From IMG/VR virus record IMGVR_UViG_3300020430_000007: 64,000 bases of DNA; one strand, 5' to 3'. The notes beneath the pieces were generated by a model. That model ran no database searches and was not told where the DNA came from. It saw only the letters and a list, made by a program, of their open reading frames with translations. Position 1 is the stretch's first letter; every line of letters starts with the position of its first letter. Source of the stretch: a virus. Shown piece after piece: positions 16,808 to 28,764 of the stretch. A program made the position numbers and the translations under genes.

Positions 16808-19800
16808 ATGATACAGACATCCATCACTAAAGTAAAAGTCAGTGAAGTAATTCAGGGTCAAATACCTGAACACATAGACGTTGAAAATCCTTTATTTTCT
16901 GAATTTTTAAGACAATACTATATCTCTCAAGAATTTCAGGGAGGTGTCATTGATATTGCTGATAACTTATCAGATTATAAAAAATTAGATTTCTTAAATA
17001 ATGAAAATCTGATAGGTTTTACCTCACTTACTAATTTTACAAACGCAAATGAGGAGACAATATTTGTAGAGTCAACGAAGGGTTGGCCTAGACAATATGG
17101 TTTACTAAAAATTGATGATGAAATTATTACGTATAGTGGCATAGGTTCAACATCATTTATAGGATGCACACGTGGATTTAGTGGAATTGAAAATAACTCA
17201 AAAACTAATCAACCAGAATTTTTAACATTTAGTCAAACTGGTGTAAGCACACATAAAGAAGATTCAAGAGTTACTAATCTAAGTAATGTGTTTTTGAACA
17301 CATTTTTAAAAAAATTAAAAAATCAATTTTTGCCAGGTTTTGCTGAAAGAAACATTAATACAAACGTAAATCAAGCAAATTTTATAAGACAAGCAAAAGA
17401 TTTTTATAAGTCAAAAGGAACAGAAGAGGCATTTAAGATACTTTTCGGAGCATTATTTAATGAAAAAGTAGAGATGGTTCAACCATCTAAATTCTTAATA
17501 AGACCTTCAGATGCAGATTTTATTGTAAACGATGTATTGGTGTGTGAAGCAATAAAAGGTGACCCAGAAAAAATAAAAGGTCAAAGTTTGATACAGGATA
17601 CACAACCACTACAAACAAGTGCATCAATTTTTGACGTAGAACGTGCTACCATTGATGGTAAGAAGTTTTATAAGATTGCAGTGGATCAAAGCAGTCTTGT
17701 TGGTAAATTTAAACAAATTGGTAAAACATTCATAACTAAAACCTCTGGTATAGGTGAAACAATACTAAACGTCGATTCCACTGTAGGTTTTGGAACCACT
17801 GGAACAATAAATTTTGAGGATAGAATTTTTAATTATACAAGTAAAAACCTTACACAATTTTTTGGTATATCAGCGTTTACGTCTCCTTGTGGCATAGGAT
17901 CTACCGTTACATCTGGATTAGAAGCATTCTCATTTGAGGATGGTGATCTAAGTAAAATTGTTAGAGTAAACGTACTGGGAGTATTGAGTGAGTTTGTGGG
18001 AGATGCATTTAATCAACAAACTAACAGTGATATCAACGTAAAGACATTAGGTATTGAGCAAAAAGAATTACGATGGTCATCATGGATTTACAACACCACT
18101 GCAAGTCATAGTTTAGTTGGTTTTGAGGATTTAGGTGGTAATAGTTATAGATTTGATTTAGTTAATAGTCATGTTTTTTATGTTGGTGACAAATTAGATA
18201 TTATTGATCAAGATGGTATCATACAAGAAGGAACTGTCTCAAGTACACCTAATGATAGGAGTGTTGTGGCATCAACAGGTAACCTAGATCCACAAATTAA
18301 GTATTACATTCGTAGAAGACTAAAAACAACATCTGATGGATTTACTGCTGATATACAAAACACTTATACTGATAATGAGACAGTAGTTGTAGCGTCTAAT
18401 AGTTTACCTCACTGGACCATAGACCCACAAAAAAGAGTAAGAACGTTTGTCTCAAGTTTAAATAATGCTGGCACAATAATCGAGGTTACAGATCATAATT
18501 TTCATGATGGTGAATTAGTTGTTTATTCCTGCTCATCTACAAAATTAACAAACTTAATAAACAATCAACCTTATCATATTAAAAAAATTGATAATAATCG
18601 GGTTGCATTGGCATACTCTTTAGAAAATGTTCGTAACTCTGTTCTTATAACAGCATTCACAGATGATGATGTTGCTAACACTACCTTACATTTTTTGACT
18701 CCAGATGTTGTTTTTGGTAGCACTATTGGGGCACAAAAATTACTTAGAAGGTTTGACGAACCTCAATTTGCAGAAACAAAAACTAAAACTGTTCAGGGTG
18801 GAGTTGGTTTATTTGCAAATGGTGTAGAACTTTATTCTTATAAAGCAACTGACAAAGTTTTTTATGGACCTATTGAATCTGTTGATATCTTAAATTCTGG
18901 TTCAGGTTATGATGTAATTTTTCCTCCCAGATTATCAGTCACTCAAACTGGACATACAGGTGTAGGGTGCTCTGCAATCACTCATGTTGAAGGAAAGTTA
19001 GTAGACATACTGGTCGATACGGAGGGACTTGATTACATAACAACTCCCACGGTTTCTATCACAGGTGGTAATGATACAAGTGCTAGAGCGAGAGCACAAA
19101 TGAAATTGGTAGATCAAGAGGTTGAGTTTGATAGCACCTCGCAAGCAGGTATTGTAAATTTAATATCTGATAGATTTGTTTTTTCAAAACCTCATGGATT
19201 CAAACATGGTGAAGAAATTATATATCGTTCTAATAAAAGTGATGCTATTGGGATAGGAACAACACCAGGTAAACTCATTGATGAGGCATCATATTTTGTT
19301 GTAAAAATAGATGATTTTCAAATTCACATATCAGAAACAAAACAAGATGCTACCTTAGGTATTGGAACAATAGATTTACTATCTCATGGTGGAGGAGTTC
19401 AAAGTTTTTTTGCAACACAAAAAAGAAGTAAAGTTGATCAAATAGTTATTGAAAATGCAGGTAAATTTAAGAATAGACAAAATACTGCAAAAGATTCTAC
19501 AGGCATCAATACCTTTACAAATACTATTTCTATAATAGATCATAATTTTATATCAGGTGATACTGTTAGGTATAGTGCAGATGATGCGATAGGTGGATTA
19601 GTAAGTGGCACTGATTATTTTGCAAATGTCATTGACACAAATACATTTAGGTTGTCATCTCAAAAAGATTTATCTGACATAATATCATTTGGAAGTATTG
19701 GATCTGGAACTCACACATTTCAAGACCCACCTATAGAGGTGGTGTTATCTGGAAGACAAGGTATTGTAACAACAAATTCTCTGGCAACTCCTATCGCCAG

Positions 19801-22800
19801 AGGAAAAATAATTGGTTTACATATAGAAAATGCAGGCACAGATTTTGGGTCAACTGTTATCAATGATAATAACAAACCAGATATAAAAATTGTAGAGGGT
19901 GAAAAATCATTTTTACAAGCTTTTGTTATAAATGGCAGGATAGATCAAATAATTATACTAAGTGGTGGAGAACAATTCTTTAGCACTCCTGATATTATCA
20001 TAACTGGTGATGGGGTTGGTGCAAAAGCAAAAGCAGTGATAGAAAATGGATCGATAGTAAGAATCGACATGATTAATAAAGGTATAAGTTATAGTCAAGA
20101 AAAAACAAGTGTTAGAGCAAGAACGCCAGGATCTAGTGCAATTTTTTCAGGCAATATTAAAGAGTGGACTGTTAATCAAGTTGAGAAATTAGCAAAATAT
20201 GGTGATGTAAAAAATGATGATGGATTTTTTGAAAATATTAAAGTTGCTTCACTAGGCAACCCTTATGTCAATTATTACGTACCAAGAAACTTAAGATCAT
20301 ATCTAGGAGATGACGGAACAACACACTCTCCAATTATAGGGTGGGCATATGATGGACATCCTATCTACGGTCCTGTTGGAATTGTTAATGGAACTTTAAA
20401 AATATTAGATTCTAGTTATTCTAAACTTTCAGGTACAGAGAGACCTAATGGACCTCCACTCAACATTTATCCTGCAGGATTTTTCTGTGAAGATTTTACC
20501 TTTATCGAGGGTTATGGTGATTTAGATGAGCATAACGGTAGATTTGCTGTTACTCCAGATTTTCCAAATGGAATTTATGCTTATTACGCAACGGTAGATA
20601 AAATTGCCACTCAAAATCCATTAGATCCCTTTGATGGTATAAGAAGACCAATTTTTCCCTATGTTATTGGTGATTCTTACCATTCATCTCCAATTGAATT
20701 TAATCTATCTCTAAACTCTATACAAGACATAGATTTCAATAAAACTAACTTCATAAGAAACACCGACCCTCATAATATCAATGAGTACGAGTTTGTCACA
20801 AATTCTAATAAAAATACATTTACAAATTCAAAAATACTTTCTATAAAATCAAATTCTTTAGATAACATATCGATAATTGAATCTGGTAGAGAATACAATG
20901 TAGGAGATACTCTTACTTTTGATAATAAGAATACAGAAGGTTTTGGTGCTATCGGAAAAGTTGTTGAGGTTACAGGTCCTACAATATCAACTATTACGTC
21001 AACAATAACTGATTTTGAAAATGTTACCTTCTTCACCTCTAGTAATTTTGTTACTGGTGTCACAACATTACCTCACAATTTATCAAACAATACTTTTGGA
21101 GAGGTATTAGGCACACCAACAGCATTGTTGTCAACACCAAAAATAAAAGTAGAATCTATTCGTTCTATACTTACAGATCCAATGTTGTCTGTTGGTCTGA
21201 CAACAGACGTTTCGTTTAGTGATAGATTTTCGACTAAAAAATTTGGTATCAATGATATTATTAAAATTGATGATGAACAACTTAAGGTTTTTGGATTTAA
21301 TTCTTTATCAAACAAATACAAATTATTGAGAGCACAAAATGGCACTGTATCTGCTGCACATACTTTTGGATCAATCATAGAAAGACAAGAGAGAAAATTT
21401 ACATTTCCCCTCCCAAATAATTTTAAGGATGTTGTAAAAGAAAATTTCACCAGATTTTTTGATGCGACTAGTGTTGTAGGTGTTGGATTGACATTTGGTG
21501 TGGGTGTGGGTGTAACTATATCAATCGATAATGTAGATAGATTTATTCCAACAAGAAGTATTTTTATAGAAAATAATGATTTTTCACACGGTGAGAAATT
21601 GCTTTATAGTGCTGGTGCAGGAACATCATTAACGTATCAAACTGATGCGATGAAGCGTGTCAATACCAACTTTAAAAGTCCTCTGCCACCAGAGGTGTTT
21701 GTTCAAAAAATAGACAATAATCTTATTGGAATAGTCACCACAAGAACTGGTATTGGATCTGATTTAGATAGAGTTATGTTTGATACCACTACAGGTATAG
21801 GAAACACACATAATTTTACAACTACAAGAGGAGAAGTAAAAGGAACATTTAGAGTTGTTGATGTACAAGCAACCACTGTAGGGGTACATAGCATGAGACC
21901 AAACGACAAAATTAATTTGTCTATTGTCTCTTCAGGAACTAGTGTCGTTACTGCAACATATGATTCTGGAACAAGGTTTGTAAGTATAGGATCTACAAAT
22001 AACCCACCTTTATCAGTGACTATTGGTGACACCTTAATTATCAATACTGATGATGGATCTATGTTAGATACAAAATTGAAGTTCTTTTTAGATCAAGAAT
22101 ATAAAAAACCATTTGTAGGATCAGGTGTTTCTGCTGTTGAGATAAGAGAAAATTCAATACCTGGCAACTTAGCAGGATTGACATCTATCACATTTACACC
22201 TCAAGTTCCAGATATATTATACTATAAGTTTGTCCCTGTTGGAACTGGCATAAACTCAAAAGTAATAGAGGTAGATGAAGACGTTGTTGATTACTCTAAA
22301 ATTGTTGTAAACACAAGTAAATTTGCTGGTAAACATTCTATTACAACCACTGGTAGTAATACATTCAATTATAATATCGCAAGCGTACCAGAAAAAGTAG
22401 GATATTCATCTTCATCTGAACTAAAATACACCATAGATTCAAAAACTCAACGAGGTGGAGTAGGAAGAATTTTACTATCATCTGGTGGCACAGGTTATAA
22501 AGATATACCAGAGGTTTCTGTCGCATCAACCACAGGTAGATCTGCCTCTGTAAAAGCGATTGGAGAAAAAATTGGTGAAATTAATAATGTTCAAATAGTT
22601 GATTTTGGATTTGACTATCCGTCAGACAATACATTGAGACCTGAGGCAGAGGTCGCTCAAATTATATCATTGAAAGATAATTTTAGTGTAACAAGTGTTG
22701 GTATCACATCTGTTGGATCAAAGTACTTAACTCCTCCTAATTTTGTTGTATATAATAGAAAAACAAATACTATATCTGAAGAGTCTCAATTTTTTGCAGA

Positions 22801-25021
22801 ATTAGACGGTGGTGGTGTTGGTAAAGTTACCATAGTCAATGGTGGTAATAACTTGAGTAGTTCCGATAATGAATTGATCGCTGTTGACAATACCAATGGG
22901 GTAGGAATTATCTCTGCATCTTACTCAAATCCTAATGTAACACTTAGATTACAAACTCCTATTGGTGGTTTTACAACATCATTACCCATGCCCTTCAACG
23001 TAGGTGATAGAGTTTTTGTTGAAAATGTAGGGGTAAGCTCAGGACAAGGTTATAATTCTGAAGATCATAATTTTGAATTTTTTACCCTTACTGGAGTGAC
23101 CACTGCGTTTGGTTTGGTAGATCAAGCAACAATTACATATTCAATAGACAAAGATCCTGGTTTTCATGATTTTGAAAAATTTGGAACAGTATCTAATGAA
23201 AAAAATATTGCTAAATTTACATTAAACTTATCAGAAGGTATTTTTAATAATAATGAAAAAGTTTTTACCTCCTCAGGTGCAAAAGCGAGAATTATTTCTG
23301 GCGACGGAAAAACTAGAAATGTTTTACGAGTTGACAATATTGTAGGACTCAATACTGGTGATAAACTTACAGGTGAGTTGTCACGTGCTAGTGGAACAAT
23401 AGAATCTTTGGCATCGTATACTGGACATTTTAAGTTAGATAGTTCTGTCAATAAGAGTTTTGGTTGGGAAAATGATACAGGAAAACTAAGTGATTTTTAT
23501 CAGAGAGTGCAAGATAATGACTACTATCAAAATTTTTCATACTCCTTAAAAAGTAAAGTTGGAGTTTCTAGTTGGAGTGAACCAGTTGACTCGCTATCTC
23601 ATATCGCTGGATTTAAGAAACACTCTGATTTACTTATTCCTTCCATTGCTGGAGTCGGTGCAAGTGTGGTTGGTATTAGTTCTCAAGCAGGTGGTGTAAT
23701 CCTATTGGATTCTGTTATTGATATGGAAAAAAGAGATCAGTTTGATCTTGTCTCAGAAAATACTGATATCAAGGCAAAAAGCAGTAGTGAAATTAATTTC
23801 AATTCTAAGAGATTTGGACAAGCAATACAATGTAAAGGTAATAGGGTGTTAGATTTAGATGATATCTCAGAGCAATTTTATTCTGATCCTGATATATTCA
23901 GGTCTCTTGAATTAGACGTATTTGACATGACTGAAGTGTCAGCAGTAAAATATTATGCACAGGTTGTTCTTGACACATCTTTAGAAATTACTTTCAACGC
24001 AACACAATACACTGAGTTTGTGGTAAGTCATGACGGAAACATAGCATTTTTAAACACGTACTCTGAGTTATCTGATGCATTTGATCTAGGTGAGTTTACT
24101 GCCACTGCATCTGGAAGTATTTGCAGCGTGTCATTTTCTCCATTCAATACTACGTTTGAATATGACATAACATTCCACAAAGAAGTTCTTGGTTCTGCTG
24201 TAGGGGTAGGAACAACTGCTTTTGGAATGGTGCAAAAGGTTGGTATGACATCAGCAATTGCTGCATCAGGTTCACCTGTTGTACAAGTTATAGCAGAGAT
24301 GGACGGAAGTAAATTCAGATCTGGTAGTGTGATAGTTTCTGCTGGCACAAAGACAGAAAAAGAAATAGATGAGTTTGCTTTTGTGCTTGCAGGTACAAAT
24401 AGTATGAATTTTACTAATTTTGGTAAAATGGATGCTGGAACTGATATGGGAACTTTTGTTCTAAATCAGGCAAGTGGTGTAATTAGATTAGAGTTTACCC
24501 CTGCAGCAAATCAAGATGTAACTGTTTCTACATTGTCAACTGTAGTTGGTGTTGCCACCACCGTTGCTGCAAGTGGATTCACAACAACCAGATATAGAAT
24601 TGGTGATACTGAATTAAACTCTCGTAGGACCGAGATATCTGCTGCAGCATCTCCTTCTGCAACAATAATTTCTAATCAATCATCTAACAATTATACCTCT
24701 ATAAGATATACAATCGAGGTTGAAAACACCACTGATAATGCTTATTCATATTATAATGTGGTTGCTAATACATATGAGGGAAGCATCAATTTTGTAAAAT
24801 TTAATAATGTGTCCACTGCATCAGGTATATCAACTATTGGTGCTGATACTAGTGTGCCTAATGATATAAGAGATATTCGTGCTACAGAGGTTGTCTCTTC
24901 TGGTAATGATACTCAATTGAGATTTACTCCTGCACCAAACAAAGCATATAATGTAAGAGTTGCCGAACTGAGAATCGACAAACCTGATGCTCTATCAAGT
25001 GACCTAACAGTTGGATTCTAA
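16808..25021 (+). CDS. gp7: giant baseplate wedge protein, gp7-like, with a YHYH-type domain
   Basis: 2737 aa; FYKSKGTE motif, HSPIIGWAYDGHPIYGP...DLDEHNGR domain, QDNDYYQNFSY; position after gp6. Confidence 0.75.
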   Translation: MIQTSITKVKVSEVIQGQIPEHIDVENPLFSEFLRQYYISQEFQGGVIDIADNLSDYKKLDFLNNENLIGFTSLTNFTNANEETIFVESTKGWPRQYGLLKIDDEIITYSGIGSTSFIGCTRGFSGIENNSKTNQPEFLTFSQTGVSTHKEDSRVTNLSNVFLNTFLKKLKNQFLPGFAERNINTNVNQANFIRQAKDFYKSKGTEEAFKILFGALFNEKVEMVQPSKFLIRPSDADFIVNDVLVCEAIKGDPEKIKGQSLIQDTQPLQTSASIFDVERATIDGKKFYKIAVDQSSLVGKFKQIGKTFITKTSGIGETILNVDSTVGFGTTGTINFEDRIFNYTSKNLTQFFGISAFTSPCGIGSTVTSGLEAFSFEDGDLSKIVRVNVLGVLSEFVGDAFNQQTNSDINVKTLGIEQKELRWSSWIYNTTASHSLVGFEDLGGNSYRFDLVNSHVFYVGDKLDIIDQDGIIQEGTVSSTPNDRSVVASTGNLDPQIKYYIRRRLKTTSDGFTADIQNTYTDNETVVVASNSLPHWTIDPQKRVRTFVSSLNNAGTIIEVTDHNFHDGELVVYSCSSTKLTNLINNQPYHIKKIDNNRVALAYSLENVRNSVLITAFTDDDVANTTLHFLTPDVVFGSTIGAQKLLRRFDEPQFAETKTKTVQGGVGLFANGVELYSYKATDKVFYGPIESVDILNSGSGYDVIFPPRLSVTQTGHTGVGCSAITHVEGKLVDILVDTEGLDYITTPTVSITGGNDTSARARAQMKLVDQEVEFDSTSQAGIVNLISDRFVFSKPHGFKHGEEIIYRSNKSDAIGIGTTPGKLIDEASYFVVKIDDFQIHISETKQDATLGIGTIDLLSHGGGVQSFFATQKRSKVDQIVIENAGKFKNRQNTAKDSTGINTFTNTISIIDHNFISGDTVRYSADDAIGGLVSGTDYFANVIDTNTFRLSSQKDLSDIISFGSIGSGTHTFQDPPIEVVLSGRQGIVTTNSLATPIARGKIIGLHIENAGTDFGSTVINDNNKPDIKIVEGEKSFLQAFVINGRIDQIIILSGGEQFFSTPDIIITGDGVGAKAKAVIENGSIVRIDMINKGISYSQEKTSVRARTPGSSAIFSGNIKEWTVNQVEKLAKYGDVKNDDGFFENIKVASLGNPYVNYYVPRNLRSYLGDDGTTHSPIIGWAYDGHPIYGPVGIVNGTLKILDSSYSKLSGTERPNGPPLNIYPAGFFCEDFTFIEGYGDLDEHNGRFAVTPDFPNGIYAYYATVDKIATQNPLDPFDGIRRPIFPYVIGDSYHSSPIEFNLSLNSIQDIDFNKTNFIRNTDPHNINEYEFVTNSNKNTFTNSKILSIKSNSLDNISIIESGREYNVGDTLTFDNKNTEGFGAIGKVVEVTGPTISTITSTITDFENVTFFTSSNFVTGVTTLPHNLSNNTFGEVLGTPTALLSTPKIKVESIRSILTDPMLSVGLTTDVSFSDRFSTKKFGINDIIKIDDEQLKVFGFNSLSNKYKLLRAQNGTVSAAHTFGSIIERQERKFTFPLPNNFKDVVKENFTRFFDATSVVGVGLTFGVGVGVTISIDNVDRFIPTRSIFIENNDFSHGEKLLYSAGAGTSLTYQTDAMKRVNTNFKSPLPPEVFVQKIDNNLIGIVTTRTGIGSDLDRVMFDTTTGIGNTHNFTTTRGEVKGTFRVVDVQATTVGVHSMRPNDKINLSIVSSGTSVVTATYDSGTRFVSIGSTNNPPLSVTIGDTLIINTDDGSMLDTKLKFFLDQEYKKPFVGSGVSAVEIRENSIPGNLAGLTSITFTPQVPDILYYKFVPVGTGINSKVIEVDEDVVDYSKIVVNTSKFAGKHSITTTGSNTFNYNIASVPEKVGYSSSSELKYTIDSKTQRGGVGRILLSSGGTGYKDIPEVSVASTTGRSASVKAIGEKIGEINNVQIVDFGFDYPSDNTLRPEAEVAQIISLKDNFSVTSVGITSVGSKYLTPPNFVVYNRKTNTISEESQFFAELDGGGVGKVTIVNGGNNLSSSDNELIAVDNTNGVGIISASYSNPNVTLRLQTPIGGFTTSLPMPFNVGDRVFVENVGVSSGQGYNSEDHNFEFFTLTGVTTAFGLVDQATITYSIDKDPGFHDFEKFGTVSNEKNIAKFTLNLSEGIFNNNEKVFTSSGAKARIISGDGKTRNVLRVDNIVGLNTGDKLTGELSRASGTIESLASYTGHFKLDSSVNKSFGWENDTGKLSDFYQRVQDNDYYQNFSYSLKSKVGVSSWSEPVDSLSHIAGFKKHSDLLIPSIAGVGASVVGISSQAGGVILLDSVIDMEKRDQFDLVSENTDIKAKSSSEINFNSKRFGQAIQCKGNRVLDLDDISEQFYSDPDIFRSLELDVFDMTEVSAVKYYAQVVLDTSLEITFNATQYTEFVVSHDGNIAFLNTYSELSDAFDLGEFTATASGSICSVSFSPFNTTFEYDITFHKEVLGSAVGVGTTAFGMVQKVGMTSAIAASGSPVVQVIAEMDGSKFRSGSVIVSAGTKTEKEIDEFAFVLAGTNSMNFTNFGKMDAGTDMGTFVLNQASGVIRLEFTPAANQDVTVSTLSTVVGVATTVAASGFTTTRYRIGDTELNSRRTEISAAASPSATIISNQSSNNYTSIRYTIEVENTTDNAYSYYNVVANTYEGSINFVKFNNVSTASGISTIGADTSVPNDIRDIRATEVVSSGNDTQLRFTPAPNKAYNVRVAELRIDKPDALSSDLTVGF

Positions 25022-25024
25022 ATA
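25018..25024 (+). promoter_or_regulatory. late promoter
   Basis: CTAAATA overlapping the stop codon of the gp7-like gene. Confidence 0.6.
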
Positions 25025-25038
25025 CCTAAAAAACAATA

Positions 25039-28000
25039 ATGTTTCAGTTAGCATCTGTAAATAAACAATTTAACAAGGCAACAGAAACCTTTAGAAAGTC
25101 ATTTAATTTGACTCATAGGGGTGAACCTCTTTTTGTTAAAACATTTGATGCTAGTTCTAGTGCCATTGTAGATACAGATGATAATACCTTTATAATTAAT
25201 AATCATTTTTTTAGAACAGGAGAACCACTAATATATGATGCCACCAATGGATCTGCGGTTGGTATCCAACATAGTTTAAATGGTGTGGGTGCAGCAACGA
25301 CCTTACCAATAAAAGTGTTTGCAATTGAGGTTGGAGAAAATAAATTTAAGGTTGCATCAAGTGCTGCTAACGCTGCCTCTAATTTACCAATAGGGTTGAC
25401 AACAGTTGGCATAGGCACAACTCATAGATTTATAGCAGAAAAACAATTATCAAAATGCATTATTTCTCTTGATAATGTTATACAAGCACCACTGTATGAA
25501 ACAGATGGATTCCAAACAGAGTGTATGAACAATGTGATTGGTAGAGAAATTGTATTTAAGAATGTCGGTGGATTCAAAAAATTTGACTTAATAAGGATAA
25601 ATGATGAAATAATGAGAATTCAAATAATCGGATTCGGAAATAGTGCAACTAATGTATTAGTAGATCGTGAATGGTTTGGAACATCACAGTTTGCTCACAA
25701 TATAGGAGACAGTATTAAGTTGATACGTGGTGACTACAATATTATACAAGATAAAATTCATTTTGCGGATGTTCCTTTTGGTGGTAGAAGAGATGAGGTG
25801 GGTGTATCTTCAGAGACTATAAGTGTGGATACTAATTCATTTACTGTTCTTACTGATTTATTTGAGTCTGGAACAAAAGTAAAATTAAGAACTTTAGATC
25901 CACCTACACCACTAGAAGAAAACAGAGAATACTTCATAATAAAAAATTCTGCAAATAACTTTTCATTCGCAAACGATAGAGGTGATGCTTTACTAGGTAA
26001 TAAAATAAATCTTACAACATCTGGTATTGGCACACACAAATTATTGGTATCAGGAACTGTTGAGGGTAGTTCTTTCCAAGGGAGGGTATTTACAAGATCA
26101 GATTATAATGATAATGTTGTTTTAGATGACATCTCAGAATCATTTACAGGTATAGCAAAAACATTTACTGCAAAAAGTTCTGGAGTAAACACTACTGGAA
26201 TATCTACTGATTTTGGTGTCATATTAGTAAACAACATTTTCCAAAGACCGACAATTGACTACAGATTAGATGGCACTCCTGCAACAGGTATTACAACTAT
26301 AACATTTACTGGTAACGAGTCAACCATTCAAACAGAATCATATAGTACATCTGATGTAAACTCAAACAATCTACCAAGAAAGGGAATTATTACACGTATT
26401 GATGAGTGGGAAAAAGGTTATGGATATCAACCTAGAATTGTTGGTGTTGGTTCTGCGATAGTTTCTGCAGCAGGAACTGTATCTAACATTGGTCTTGGTT
26501 TTACTGGTAGTGGATATAGAAACAACAATGAAACAACCTATAGATTTAAAGTTTTAGGAGGGGGTGCTACCACAAGTGCTGCTGGAACATTTACAACTGA
26601 TGTTGGACATATAAAATCTATTGATATAGTTGATTCTGGTTCTGGATACTATCATAAAACAGTATCAAATGCAATTCATGATATAAATTCAGGTATCATG
26701 ACAGTTACAACATCTGCCAATCATAATTTAGCAGTAGGTGACAGGGTTGTATTAAGTGGTATTAATATGACTGATGGATCATCAACATATTCATTCCCAT
26801 TTCCAGATGAGATTGGTTATCAAGGAGCAAGGGTTGTTGAGATTGTTCCAAGTGTAAGGAAATTTTCTGTAAATGTTGGTGTTCATACTGTTGCTACAAC
26901 ATACAGCAGTGGTGGTGTTATTAATAAACCAACAGATGTTGTTTTCGACTCACCTATTGGATATGATGATGTTGCACTTATTAGTTCTCTGACAGGAATT
27001 GGAGCGTCGGTGTCAATAGACGCAAACACGCTCACTCAAATGAAGGGATGGGAACTAACAAATGTTGGTTACGGATATAGTGAGGGTGAGATACTTACGA
27101 TTAGCAGTGGCATTAATACAGACCCGACTTTACATGAAAAAGGTTTTATAGATGTTGCTAGTGGTGATGAATATAAAATAGAGCATGCAGATTATAACTC
27201 AAATGTAGGTATACTCACTGTTGCCATAGGTATTCATACGTTGACAGTGGGTATGGGAGTTAGTTTGAAAGACAAAGCTATTGGTTTTACTTGTGCTAAA
27301 GACAATTACAGCACTTTACATAAGTATCCAAGATCAACTGATCCTGTGTCAGGAATAAGCACAGAAATTGTAGGTGTTGCTGGAACAACTATATCTATAA
27401 ATGTTGGATTACCTCCTGCAAATGAGAGATATGAATATAAATTTGCAGGAGCAGCATTCAAGGAGTCTACATTTACAGTCAAGTTCACGATGGATGATGA
27501 GTTTGCTGGATGGGTGTTTGGTAAATTGCAAATACTTGATGATTTTTCAAATGAATTTAATGGTAGTAAAACTGTTTTCACATTGAGAGAAAATTCTGCT
27601 GCAATCAGTTTTGAAAAAGATATTGGTAGTCCAGTTATAATTCAAAATAGTCTTCTTATATTCATTGATGATGTGTTACAAGAACCTGGCAAGTCATACG
27701 TATATAATGGTGGTACACAATTAGAGTTTTTAGAGGCACCTAAGGCAGGATCTTCTCTTCAAATTTTATTCTATAAAGGGACAGACTCTGATGTAGGAAC
27801 CTTAAGTGCAACACCATCACTCAAGACTGGTGATAAAGTAAATATTGAGAATCAAGATATAAGAGTTGTAAGAGATCTTATTACAAGAGACACAATTCAG
27901 TCAACACTTTACAAAGGTCCTGGCATAAGTTCTGCTAGAGTTCCACTAAGACCATTGTCATGGAGTAAACAAAGAGATGACTCTTTTGTTGATGGTGTAA

Positions 28001-28743
28001 AAGTAAGTAAAGCAAGAGAAGACTTACTTTCGTTTATATTTCCTGCTGGACGCATAATCAAAGATATCGCCACCACAGATACTGTTCTTTATATTGATAC
28101 AGGTGTAGCAAGTTTCTTATATTCTGAGGAACCTGATGCATCTAATAGTAGTTGTAGGATTATTGATACTGATAAGAATAACAGTGGATATGGATCAACA
28201 GGATTCCATTTTCCATTAAAAGACATAAGTGGTGTAAGTTTTGTAGGAGATGATGGTATCATCACTGGTGTAGGAACTCAAAACAATAAAATAACCTTTG
28301 AGTTTACACTCCCTCTAAATTCTCCCTATAGAGAGAATCAATATGGTGGTAAAACATCAACAGCAATTGCAAGTGGTGATTATTTTATTGTAACTAATTC
28401 AAGTGTTGGTTCTGGGGTAACTGCAAAAGATTCTACTGCCTCTACTGTTGTGGGTGTTGCAACAGAATTTTTAGATGGTGTATATCAAGTAGCATCTACA
28501 CCAGTTGCTGTTGGATCAGGTCAAACAATGAGAGTTACTTGTAACATTGAATCTAATCATGGACTTGATTTTACAGGTCTTAGTTCAGGATCAGGACAAT
28601 TTTATGGTAATTACAGTTTTTGTAAAATAACCAGTGCTGCTGTTGGTGCTGCTTTCACTTGCAACACTCTTAATGGTCTTACAGGTATAGCGACTGCACC
28701 TCAGGTCATAAGGTCTGAAAGATTGTCGTTAGACTACACATAA
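25039..28743 (+). CDS. large virion structural protein (baseplate-associated)
   Basis: 1234 aa, Gly/Thr/Ser-rich beta repeats similar to the upstream protein; lies between gp7-like and gp8. Confidence 0.7.
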   Translation: MFQLASVNKQFNKATETFRKSFNLTHRGEPLFVKTFDASSSAIVDTDDNTFIINNHFFRTGEPLIYDATNGSAVGIQHSLNGVGAATTLPIKVFAIEVGENKFKVASSAANAASNLPIGLTTVGIGTTHRFIAEKQLSKCIISLDNVIQAPLYETDGFQTECMNNVIGREIVFKNVGGFKKFDLIRINDEIMRIQIIGFGNSATNVLVDREWFGTSQFAHNIGDSIKLIRGDYNIIQDKIHFADVPFGGRRDEVGVSSETISVDTNSFTVLTDLFESGTKVKLRTLDPPTPLEENREYFIIKNSANNFSFANDRGDALLGNKINLTTSGIGTHKLLVSGTVEGSSFQGRVFTRSDYNDNVVLDDISESFTGIAKTFTAKSSGVNTTGISTDFGVILVNNIFQRPTIDYRLDGTPATGITTITFTGNESTIQTESYSTSDVNSNNLPRKGIITRIDEWEKGYGYQPRIVGVGSAIVSAAGTVSNIGLGFTGSGYRNNNETTYRFKVLGGGATTSAAGTFTTDVGHIKSIDIVDSGSGYYHKTVSNAIHDINSGIMTVTTSANHNLAVGDRVVLSGINMTDGSSTYSFPFPDEIGYQGARVVEIVPSVRKFSVNVGVHTVATTYSSGGVINKPTDVVFDSPIGYDDVALISSLTGIGASVSIDANTLTQMKGWELTNVGYGYSEGEILTISSGINTDPTLHEKGFIDVASGDEYKIEHADYNSNVGILTVAIGIHTLTVGMGVSLKDKAIGFTCAKDNYSTLHKYPRSTDPVSGISTEIVGVAGTTISINVGLPPANERYEYKFAGAAFKESTFTVKFTMDDEFAGWVFGKLQILDDFSNEFNGSKTVFTLRENSAAISFEKDIGSPVIIQNSLLIFIDDVLQEPGKSYVYNGGTQLEFLEAPKAGSSLQILFYKGTDSDVGTLSATPSLKTGDKVNIENQDIRVVRDLITRDTIQSTLYKGPGISSARVPLRPLSWSKQRDDSFVDGVKVSKAREDLLSFIFPAGRIIKDIATTDTVLYIDTGVASFLYSEEPDASNSSCRIIDTDKNNSGYGSTGFHFPLKDISGVSFVGDDGIITGVGTQNNKITFEFTLPLNSPYRENQYGGKTSTAIASGDYFIVTNSSVGSGVTAKDSTASTVVGVATEFLDGVYQVASTPVAVGSGQTMRVTCNIESNHGLDFTGLSSGSGQFYGNYSFCKITSAAVGAAFTCNTLNGLTGIATAPQVIRSERLSLDYT

Positions 28744-28746
28744 ATA
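28740..28746 (+). promoter_or_regulatory. late promoter
   Basis: ATAAATA overlapping the upstream stop codon. Confidence 0.6.
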
Positions 28747-28764
28747 AACAAAAAGTTTTAAATA